Below the pieces are notes generated by a model. That model was not told the DNA's origin. It searched no databases and was given only the letters and a program-made list of their open reading frames with translations. A stretch of DNA of 64,000 nucleotides, taken from Eledone cirrhosa (taxonomy: Eukaryota). The stretch spans positions 4,340,001-4,404,000 of the forward strand of contig OZ024764.1 in the NCBI GenBank assembly GCA_964016885.1, written 5' to 3'. Below are positions 13,915 to 26,723 of the stretch, piece by piece (within the stretch, counting starts at the first letter, position 1; every line of letters starts with the position of its first letter). Position numbers and translations under genes: made by a program.

Positions 13915-14342
13915 CTAGGCTTTTCCCTCAAAATGAAAGGCAGACTATATGATGCGTGTATACAAACAGCAATGTTACATGGTAGTGAGACCTGGGCACT
14001 GTCTGTAGAAGACTTGCATAGATTAGAAAGAAACGAAGCCTGCATGCTCCGATGGATGTGTAATAGTAATATACGCGAATGGCAAAGCATAAATGAATTG
14101 AGAGAGAGACTGAGCATAAGAGGAATCAAATGCTGTGTGCAGGAGAGCAGGATGCGTTGGTATGGACATGTGATGCGTATGAAGGATGACAGCTGCATAA
14201 AAGGGTGCAGAGCACTAGAAGTCGATGGAAACCGCGGAGTAGGGAGACCCAAGAAGACCTGGGATGAGGTGATAAAAACTGACCTTGCCTAATTGCACCT
14301 CTCAAGGGCGATGACACAGGACCGTGACCTCTGGCGTCACAC
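13915..14342 (+). mobile_element. RTE LINE fragment
   Basis: KGRLYDAC, MLHGSETW, RMRWYGHVMRM, GRPKKTW. Confidence 0.85.
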
Positions 14343-14834
14343 AGTAATACCCACGGGTACAAGCCGAGTTTAATTTCCAGACCAGATAATGTGTTGTTTC
14401 CTTGAGCAAGACACTCTATTTCACATTGGTCCAGTTTACTCAACTGTAGAAATTAGTTGTGATGTCACTGATACCAAGCTGTATCAGCCATTGCCTTTCC
14501 CTTGGACAACATATATAGTGTAGTGTATATATGGTGTGTATTGTATATTTATAGTAGTGTATATATAGTGTAGTGTATATATATGGTGTGATGTCACTGG
14601 TACCAAGCTGTATCAACCATTGCCTTTCCCTTGGACAACATATATAGTGTAGTGTATATATGGTGTATAAACTGTCTATATATATGTATATAATGTATAT
14701 ATATATATATATATATATATTGCGATGTTACTGGTGCCAAGCTGTGTCAGCCATTGCCTTTCTCTTGGACAACATATATAGTTATATAGTGTAGTGTATA
14801 TATGGTGTATAAACTGTCTATATATATGGACATA

Positions 14835-14876
<42 letters not shown>

Positions 14877-15164
14877 CGATGTTACTGGTGCCTAGCTGTA
14901 TCAGCCATTACCTTTCCCTTGGACAACATCAGTGGTGTGGGGAGGTTAGAGCATTGGCCTTGCAATCGAAAGGTTGTGAGTTCAATTCTCAGACCGGGTG
15001 ATGTGTTGTTTCCTTGAGCAAGACACTTTATTTCACGTTGCTCCAGTTTACTCAGCTGCAGAAATGAGATGATAGGGACTGAGGTCCCTATCATTAAATC
15101 ACCGAAGACACCTCCGAGATATACCTTGGAGGAGGCCAGCTAAACCTGCATAAGTGTGAGCTGT

Positions 15165-15213
<49 letters not shown>

Positions 15214-15584
15214 TGTAAATGAGGTTGGTGTTAGGAAGGGCATCCAGCTGTAGAAATCAAGCCAGAATCTGTTCCCGTATGAGCAAGACATGGTCACCTG
15301 ACTTGGCATTGCCCACAACAGGACAACCTGTCTAACCCATGCTAGCGTGGAGACATTGACATAAAACGGTGATGATAATGATGATGATGATGATGATACT
15401 ACACATGAGGGGTGGTTTTTTCTGCTAATATATATAATTAATTGTTTCTACTTTAGGCACAAGGCCAGCAATTACCCAGTACATTACTGGTACTTTATTT
15501 TATCGACCCCATAAGGATGAAAGGCAAAGTTAACCTCGGCAGGATTTGAACTCAGAATGACAAGGGCATATAATTAATTCTTAC

Positions 15585-15812
15585 ATTTCATAATTGTTGA
15601 TTCATTAGTTCCCTGATGTTGTTGGGGTGCAGGGGTTTTCTCGTAGCTAGAAGATGAGGTGGAGAATGCCCTTCGTCCAGTCGGGAATTCTAATGACGAC
15701 AGAGGAGCTTGGGCCTGCTTTTTTCTCTGCTTCTCAACCAACTTAACCCCTAACTGGGCCAATGTCTTCACAAATTTCCCCGTAGATTCAGCCTGGGTGT
15801 TGGTGCTTTGAC
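15585..15812 (-). CDS. ACAD10: ACAD10 coding exon 12 (kinase-ACAD linker)
   Basis: cacag|(G)QSTNTQAESTGKFV...GRRAFSTSSS...STIMK T|gtaaga. 228 nt, phase 1 to 1. Confidence 0.85.
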
Positions 15813-15832
15813 CTGTGAAAGAGAGAAAGGTA

Positions 15833-16655
15833 ACAATTGTTTCTACTTTAGGCACAAGGCCAGCAAAATCCAGTACATTACTGGTACTTTATTTTATCTC
15901 ATAATTGTTTCTACTTCAGGCACAAGGCCAGCAATACCCAGTACATTACTGGTACTTTATTTTATCTCATAATTGTTTATACTTTTGGCACAAGTCCAGC
16001 AATTACCCAGTGTATTACTGGTACTTTATTTTATCTCATAATTGTTTCTACTTTTGGCACAAGGCCAGCAATTACCCCAGTGTATTACTGGTACTTTATT
16101 TTATCTCATAATTGTTTCTACTTTTGGCACAAGGCCAGCAATTACCCCAGTGTATTACTGGTACTTTATTTTATCTCATAATTGGTTCTGCTTCAGGCAC
16201 AAGGCCAGCAATTACCCAGTGTATTACTGGTACTTTATTTTATCTCATAATTGTTTCTACTTCAGGCACAAGGCCAGCAATACCCAGTACATTACTGGTA
16301 CTTTATTTTATCTCATAATTGTTTCTACTTTTGGCACAAGGCCAGCCATTACCCAGTGTATTACTGGTACTTTATTTTATCTCATAATTGTTTCTACTTC
16401 AGGCACAAGGCCAGCAATACCCAGTACATTACTGGTACTTTATTGTATCTCATAATTGTTTCTACTTTTGGCACAAGGCCAGCAATTACCCAGTGTATTA
16501 CTGGTACTTTATTTTATCTCATAATTGTTTCTACTTCAGGCACAAGGCCAGCAATACCCAGTACATTACTGGTACTTTATTTTATCTCATAATTGTTTCT
16601 ACTTTTGGCACAAGGCCAGCAATTACCCAGTGTATTACTGGTACTTTATTTTATC
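15833..16655. repeat. About 68-70-bp tandem of the SINE-A 3' part, about 12 copies
   Basis: Unit ataattgtttctacttttggcacaaggccagcaattacccagtgtattactggtactttattttatctc, continuing into the SINE body. Confidence 0.92.
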
Positions 16656-16849
16656 GACCCCCCGTAAGGATGAAAGGCAAAGTTAACCTCGGCGGGATTT
16701 GAACTCAGACCGTAAAGGGACGTAACTCTATGCGTCAAAGCATGACGTCCGACCCTCTACCGATACTGCCAATCCACCAATGATGATCTATATTATAAGA
16801 GCACTGTCTCTCTGTCTCTCTGTGTGTCTGTCTGTCTGACTGACTGAAA

Positions 16850-17285
16850 CCAGTGCCCTAGCATGACCCTAGTCAAATGACTGAAGGCCGTGCCCCAGCA
16901 TGGCCACAGTCTAATGATGGAAACCAGTACAAGAAGGCAGTGCCCCAGCATGGCCACAGTCTAATGACTGAAACCAATAAAAGAAGGCAGTGCTCCAGCA
17001 TAGCCACAGTTTAATGACTGAAACCAATAAAAGAAGGCAGTGCCCCAGCATGGCCACAGTCTAATGACTGAAACCAATAAAAGAAGGCAGTGCCCCAGCA
17101 TGGCCACAGTCTAATGACTGAAACCAGTAACAGAAGGCAGTGCCCCAGCATGGCCACAGTCTAATGACTGAAACCAATAAAAGAAGGCAGTGCCCCAGCA
17201 TGGCCACAGTCTAATGACTGAAACCAATAAAAGAAGGCAGTGCCCCAGCATGGCCACAGTCTAATGACTGAAACCAATAAAAGAA
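16850..17285. repeat. 50-bp tandem repeat, about 8 copies (SINE-tail-like)
   Basis: Unit ggcagtgccccagcatggccacagtctaatgactgaaaccaataaaagaa. Confidence 0.9.
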
Positions 17286-17356
17286 TACAAAAACCCCGAA
17301 AGAACACAGAGAGCAGAGGAATCAGGGTGTTACTCCCTCCCAGGGGTCTGGTAACT

Positions 17357-18515
17357 CCATAACCTGATACCCTGGTAGACCAAACCCCAGCAGTTTGGTA
17401 CCAATTGTGGTCCTCTCTGTAACCTGATACCCTGGTAGACCAAACCGCAGGAGCTTCTTACCAATTGTGGCCCTCTTGTGACGCCCTGGTAGACCAAACC
17501 TCAAGAGCTTCTTACCAATTGTGGCCCTCTTGTGACGCCCTGGTAGACCAAACCTCAAGAGCTTCTTACCAATTGTGGCCCTCTTGTGACGCCCTGGTAG
17601 AACAAACCTCAAGAGCTTCTTACCAATTGTGGCCCTTTCCATAACCCAAACCTCAAGAGCTTCTTACCAATTGTTGCCGTCTTGTAGACCAAACCTCAAG
17701 AGCTTCTTACCAATTGTGGCCCTCTCCATAACCCAAACCTCAAGAGCTTCTTACCAATTGTGGCCCTCTCCATAACCCAAACCTCAAGAGCTTCTTACCA
17801 ATTGTGGCCCTCTCCATAACCCAAACCTCAAGAGCTTCTTACCAATTGTGGCCCTCTCCATAACCCAAACCTCAAGAGCTTCTTACCAATTGTGGCCCTC
17901 TCCATAACCCAAACCTCAAGAGCTTCTTACCAATTGTGGCCCTCTCCATAACCCAAACCTCAAGAGCTTCTTACCAATTGTGGCCCTCTCCATAACCCAA
18001 ACCTCAAGAGCTTCTTACCAATTGTGGCCCTCTCCATAACCCAAATCTCAAGAGCTTCTTACCAATTGTGGCCCTCTCCATAACCCAAACCTCAAGAGCT
18101 TCTTACCAATTGTGGCCCTCTCCATAACCCAAACCTCAAGAGCTTCTTACCAATTGTGGCCCTCTCCATAACCCAAACCTCAAGAGCTTCTTACCAATTG
18201 TGGCCCTCTCCATAACCCAAACCTCAAGAGCTTCTTACCAATTGTGGCCCTCTCCATAACCCAAACCTCAAGAGCTTCTTACCAATTGTGGCCCTCTCCA
18301 TAACCCAAACCTCAAGAGCTTCTTACCAATTGTGGCCCCCTCCATAACCCAAACCTCAAGAGCTTCTTACCAATTGTGGCCCTCTCCATAACCCAAATCT
18401 CAAGAGCTTCTTACCAATTGTGGCCCTCTCCATAACCCAAACCTCAAGAGCTTCTTACCAATTGTGGCCCTCTCCATAACCCAAACCTCAAGAGCTTCTT
18501 ACCAATTGTGGCCCT
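17357..18515. repeat. 44-bp (distally 54-60-bp) tandem repeat of the exon-11 3' end plus splice donor
   Basis: Minus-strand unit GAGGGCCACAATTG|GTAAGAAGCTCTTGAGGTTTGGGTTATGGA. Confidence 0.95.
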
Positions 18516-18676
18516 CTTGTAGACGCCCTGCAGTATGGCGGCAAATCTGAAGAATGTGTAGATCACGTAGAAGTTCCAGTTTTCTATGGCGGGTATATTC
18601 CTGGTGGTGCAGTACTGGTGTAGGATCTGTTTAATGGTGGGGATGCCATACTGGGAGAGGGCAACATCACTGAAAC
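18503..18676 (-). CDS. ACAD10: ACAD10 coding exon 11 (end of APH domain)
   Basis: ttccag|(G)FSDVALSQYGIPT...ENWNFYVIYTFFRFAAILQGVYKRATI G|gtaaga. 174 nt. Confidence 0.94.
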
Positions 18677-18856
18677 CTGGAATGGTAAAAATAGAGAATG
18701 GTATTATTTAAACCGGCCATATCTGGCCAGAATTCTCTCACCTCTTTCTGTTTAAACTGGCCATAACTGGCCACTCATACTGATGTTAAGGTATTGTTCT
18801 CAAAATAAATAATGTCATAATCTCATAGATTTGATGTTAAATGAGGTAATTATGTA

Positions 18857-20274
18857 ACATACACATATATACACAGGTATTACATACATACACATACACA
18901 CACATATACATACATACACATATATACACAGGTATTACATACATACACATACACACACATATACATACATACACATTCACATATATACACAGGTATTACA
19001 TACATACACATACATACATACATACACACAGAGGTATTACATACATACACATACACATATACATACAGAGGTATTACATACACACACATACATACACATA
19101 CACATACAGGTATTACATACATACACATAGAGATATTACATACATACACATACACACACACACATACATACACACAGGTATTACATACATACACACACAG
19201 ACATACACAGATATTGCATACACACATATACACACAGGTATTACATACATACATATACACACACATACACACACAGATATTACATACATACATATACACA
19301 CATACATATTACATACACAAACATACACACAGGTATTACATACATATACACATACACATGTACACATATAGGTATTACATACATACATACGTACACATAC
19401 ACACACACACTGACACATAGGTATTATAAACATACATACGCACACATACACAGACACACACATAAATATTACATACACACACACAGATACACATACGCAC
19501 ACAAACACACACACATACACATACACACACACATAAATATTACATACACACACACAGATACACATACACACACAAACACACACATACACAGACACACACA
19601 CACATAAATATTACATACACACACACATATACACATACACAGACACACACATAAATATTACATACACACACATAAAAATTACATACACACACACAGATAC
19701 ACATACACACACAAACACACACATACACAGACACACACACACATAAATATTACATACACACACATACACACAGACACACATACACACACAAACACACATA
19801 CACAGACACACACACATAAATATTACATACACACACACACACACAAACACACACACATACACAGACACACACACACATAAATATTACATACACACACACA
19901 CACATACACACAAACACACATACACACACACACATAAATATTACATACACACACAAACACACATACACACACATAAATATTACACACACACACACACACA
20001 CACATAAATATTACATACACACACAAACACATACATACAGTCACAGGCACATAGTTATTATATACATACACACAAAGAAGCATAGTTATATACATACAGA
20101 CACACACACACACACAACAAACAGTTATATACATACACACACATACAACAAACATAGTTATTATATACATACACACACATACAACAAACAGTTATTATAT
20201 ATATACACACACATACACACACATACAACAAACATAGTTATTATATACATACACACACATACAACAAACATAGT

Positions 20275-20314
<40 letters not shown>

Positions 20315-23300
20315 ACAAACATAGTTATATATACACACACACACATACAACAAACATAGTTATTATATACACACACACACACATACACACACACATACAA
20401 CAATCAGTTATTATATACATACACACACATACAACAAACAGTTATTATATACATACACACACATATACACACACATACAACAAACATAGTTATTATATAC
20501 ATACACACATATACACACACATACAACAAACATAGTTATTATATACATACACACACATACAACAAACATAGTTATTATATACATACACACATATACACAC
20601 ATATACAACAAACAGTTATTATATACATACACACACATACAACAAACATAGTTATTATATACATACACACACATATACACACACACATACAACAATCAGT
20701 TATATACATACACACACATACAACAAACATAGTTATTATATACATACACACACATATACACGCATACAACAAACATAGTTATTATATACATACACACATA
20801 TACAACGAACATAGTTATTATATACATACACACACATATACACACACATACAACAATCAGTTATTATATACACACACACACATATACACACATACAACAA
20901 ACAGTTATTATATACACACACACACATATACACACATACAACAATCAGTTATTATATACATACACACACACATACACACACATACAACAAACATAGTTAT
21001 TATATACATACACACACATACAACAAACATAGTTATTATATACATACACACACACATACACACATACAACAAACATAGTTATTATATACATACACACACA
21101 CATACACACATACAACAAACAGTTATTATATACATACACACACATACAACAAACATAGTTATTATATACACACACACACATACACACATACAACAATCAG
21201 TTATTATATACATACACACACATACAACAAACATAGTTATTATATACACACACACACATATACACACATACACACACATAGTTATTATATACACACACAC
21301 ATACAACAAACATAGTTATTATATACACACACACACATACACACACATACAACAATCAGTTATTATATACATACACACACATACAACAAACAGTTATTAT
21401 ATACATACACACACATATACACACATACACACACATAGTTATTATATACACACACACATACAACAAACATAGTTATTATATACATACACACACACACATA
21501 TACACACATACAACAAACAGTTATTATATACACACACACACATATACACACATACAACAAACAGTTATTATATACACACACACACATATACACACATACA
21601 ACAATCAGTTATTATATACATACACACACACATACACACACATACAACAAACATAGTTATTATATACACACACACACACATACACACACATACAACAAAC
21701 AGGTATTATATACATACACACACACATACAACAAACAGTTATTATATACATACACACACACATACACACACATACAACAAACATAGTTATTATATACATA
21801 CACACACATACAACAAACAGTTATTATATACATACACACACACATACACACACATACAACAAACATAGTTATTATATACACACACACACATACACACACA
21901 TACAACAAACATAGTTATTATATACATATACACACATACAACAAACATAGTTATTATATACATACACACACATACACACACACATACAACAATCAGTTAT
22001 ATACATACACACACATACAACAAACATAGTTATTATATACATACACACACACATACAACAAACATAGTTATTATATACATACACACATACACACACATAG
22101 TTATTATATACATACACACACACATACAACAATCAGTTATTATATACATACACACACACATACAACAAACAGGTATTATATACATACACACACACATACA
22201 ACAAACAGGTATTATATACATACACACACACATACAACAAACAGTTATTATATACATACACACACACTACATACACACACACATACACACACATACAACA
22301 AACAGTTATTATATACATACACACACACATACACACATACAACAAACATAGTTATTAGAAACACACATACACACACATACAACAAACAGTTATTATATAT
22401 ATACACATACACATACACACATACAACAAACAGTTATTATATATATACACATACACATACACACATACAACAAACATAGTTATATATATACACACATACA
22501 CACACATACAACAAACAGTTATTATATATATACACATACACACACATACACACATACAACAAACATAGTTATTATATACACACATACACACACATACAAC
22601 AAACATAGTTATTATATACATATACACACACATACAACAATCAGTTATTATATACATACACACATATACACACACACACATACACACATACAACAAACAT
22701 AGTTATTATATACATACACACACACATACAACAATCAGTTATTATATACATACACACATATACACACACACACATACACACATACAACAAACAGTTATTA
22801 TATACATACACACACACATACACACACATACAACAAACATGTATTATATACATACACACACACATACACACACATACAACAATCAGTTATTATATACATA
22901 CACACACACATACAACAATCAGTTATTATATACATACACACATACACACATACAACAAACAGTTATTATATACATACATACACACATACACACATACAAC
23001 AAACAGTTATTATATACATACACACACACATACACACATACAACAAACAGTTATTATATACATACACACACACATACACACACATACAACAAACATAGTT
23101 ATTATATACATACACACACACATATACACACACATACAACAAACATAGTTATTATATACATACACACACACATACACACACATACAACAAACAGTTATTA
23201 TATATACACACACATACATACACACACACATACAACAAACATAGTTATTATATACATACACACACACATACATACAACAAACATAGTTATTATATACATA

Positions 23301-24669
23301 CACACACATACAACAAACAGTTATTATATACATACACACACATACACACACACACATACACACATACAACAAACATAGTTATTATATACATACACACACA
23401 CACACACACACATACACACACATACAACAAACATAGTTATTATATACATACACACACATACACACACATACAACAAACATAGTTATTATATACATACACA
23501 CACATACAACAAGCATAGTTATTATATACATACACACACACACACACACACATACAACAAACATAGTTATTATATACATACACACACATAGTTATTATAT
23601 ACATACACACACACATACACACACATACAAGAAACATAGTTATTATATACATACACACACACACATACAACAAACATAGTTATTATATACATACACACAC
23701 ACATACACACACATACAAGAAACATAGTTATTATATACATACACACACACACATACAACAAACATAGTTATTACATACACACACACACACACATACAACA
23801 AACATAGTTATTATATACATACACACACACACACACATACAACAAACATAGTTATTATATACATACACACATACACACACATAGTTATTATATACATACA
23901 CACACACATACAACAATCAGTTATTATATACATACACACACACATACAACAATCAGTTATTATATACATACACACACACATACACACACATACAACAAAC
24001 AGTTATTATATACATACACACACACACACACATACACACACATACAACAAACATAGTTATTATATACATACACACACACATACAACAAACAGGTATTATA
24101 TACATACACACACACATACAACAAACAGTTATTATATACATACACACACATACACACACATACAACAAACATAGTTATTATATACATACACACACACATA
24201 CACACACATACAAGAAACATAGTTGTTATATACATACACACATATACACACACATACACACACATACAACAAACATAGTTATTATATACATACACACACA
24301 CATACACACACATACAAGAAACATAGTTGTTATATATACACACACACACACACATACACACACATACAAGAAACATAGTTATTATATACATACACACACA
24401 CACACATATACACACATACAACAAACATAGTTATTATATACACACATACAACAATCAGTTATTATATACATACACACACACATACAACAAACATAGTTAT
24501 TATATACATACACACATACACACACATAGTTATTATATACATACACACACACATACAACAAACAGGTATTATATACATACATACACACATACAACAATCA
24601 GTTATTATATACATACACACACACATACACACACATACAAGAAACATAGTTATTATATACACACACACA
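18857..24669. repeat. 5.8-kb compound CA/TA micro/minisatellite
   Basis: (CA/TA)n punctuated in turn by aggtattac, aaatattac and acaacaaacatagttattatat. Confidence 0.95.
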
Positions 24670-24867
24670 GAACCACCGAGACCCTCGCCCACCCCATCAT
24701 CTCCAAGGTCACCCGTTAGGAGTGTGTCAGTTCACTTGATCTGATAGAGAGATTTATATTTATCTAAAAACATTCCAACCCAGTTTTATGTAAGAACCTT
24801 TGTTAATTCTTTTCTAGCAACCCTGCCTGGAGCCACCTCGGGGCCTGTCATACAAAACCTGTTTGTT

Positions 24868-26010
24868 TTAAAGTGTTTATATTTATCCAAAAACCTTCCT
24901 TCATAATTTTATGTGAGAACCTTTGTTAAGTTATGTTCCAAACACCAACAGTGTCTTTCAGTAGAAATATGGTAATGAAAGGGTTAAAGTGTTTATACTT
25001 ATCCAAAAACCTTCCTTCATAATTTTATGTAAGAACCTTTGTTAAGTTATGTTCCAAACACCAACAGTGTCTTTCAGTAGAAATATGGTAATGAAAGGGT
25101 TAAAGTGTTTATACTTATCCAAAAACCTTCCTTCATAATTTTATGTGAGAACCTTTGTTAAGTTATGTTCCAAACACCAACAGTGTCTTTCAGTAGAAAT
25201 ATGGTAATGAAAGGGTTAAAGTGTTTATATTTATCTAAAAACGTTCCATCATAATTTTATGTAAGAATCTTTGTTAAGTTATGTTCCAAACACCAACAGT
25301 GTCTTTCAGTAGAAATATGGTAATGAAAGGGTTAAAGTGTTTATATTTATCCAAAAACCTTCCTTCATAATTTTATGTAAGAACCTTTGTTAAGTTATGT
25401 TCCAAACATTAACAGTGTCTTTCATTAGAAATATGGTAATGAAAGGGTTAAAGTGTTTATGTAAGAACCTTTGTTAAGTTATGTTCCAAACACCAACAGT
25501 GTCTTTCAGCAGAAATATGGTAATGAAAGGCTTAAAGTGTTTATATTTATCTAAAATCCTTCCATCATAATTTTATGTAAGAACCTTTGTTAAGTTATGT
25601 TCCAAACATTAACAGTGTCTTTCATTAGAAATATGGTAATGAAAGGGTTAAAGTGTTTATGTAAGAACCTTTGTTAAGTTATGTTCCAAACACCAACAGT
25701 GTCTTTCAGCAGAAATATGGTAATGAAAGGCTTAAAGTGTTTATATTTATCTAAAATCCTTCCATCATAATTTTATGTAAGAACCTTTGTTAAGTTATGT
25801 TCCAAACACCAACAGTGTCTTTCAGCAGAAATATGGTAATGAAAGGGTTAAAGTATTTATGTAAGAACCTTTGTTAAGTTATGTTCCAAACACCAACAGT
25901 GTCTTTCATTAGAAATATGGTAATGAAAGGGTTAAAGTGTTTATATTTATCTAAAATCCTTCCCTCATAATTTTATGTAAGAACCTTTAAGTTATGTTCC
26001 AAACATCATA
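24868..26010. repeat. 116-bp tandem (with shorter deletion variants) of a MITE terminus ending AAAGGGTTAA
   Basis: Period 116 (24871, 24987, 25103...). The unit ends gtaatgaaagggttaa. Confidence 0.88.
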
Positions 26011-26723
26011 TCAACCCCTGGTGTTTATTTATCTAAAAACCTTCCTTTGTAATTGAAGAAAGAGAGAAAAAGAGGCGAATTAATCCTTTAGCATTTAAAC
26101 TGGCCATATCCGGCCAGAATTCTCTCACCTTTTTCTGTTCAAACCGGCCATAACTGACTGCTCATACTTATGTTAAGGTATTCTCAAAATAAATAATATC
26201 AAAATCTCATAGATTTGATATTATGTGAGATAAAGCCTTAACTGTGAAAATACAATAGTATATATAGAGTAATGTAAATGTTATGTGAGATATTATGTGA
26301 GGTAAAGCCTTTACTGTGACAATACAATAGTATATATAGAGTAATGTAAATGTTTTATGAGATATTATGTGAAGTAAAGCCTTTACTGTGAAAATACAAT
26401 AGTATATATAGAGTAATGTAAATGTTATGTGAGATATTATGTGAGGTAAAGCCTTTAATGTGAAAATACAATAGTATATATAGAGTGGTTTCTTTATTTG
26501 CCACTAGGGCACAAAAGGTAGGGACAGATACAAGGGGGGAAGTTGACATATAATTAACGAGTACAAAAATATAACAATGAAATAACAACAACAAACGAAG
26601 TCCTCAATAGGGAGGGGGCATTAACATGGGTCGCACACACCCCGGAAAAAATGTGTAACCCTTCTCCTCAGGAGCACAAAGAGTAGGTGCTTCCCTCGTC
26701 TCCGCTTTTTCCTCTTCTTTCAC

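Noticed and set aside
17357-18515. CRISPR-like appearance of short regular repeats (here and in other arrays)
   Set aside because: There are no unique spacers and no cas genes, and the context is a eukaryotic intron.
18880-24719. Dozens of Cys/Val/Tyr/Met ORFs
   Set aside because: They are microsatellite translations.
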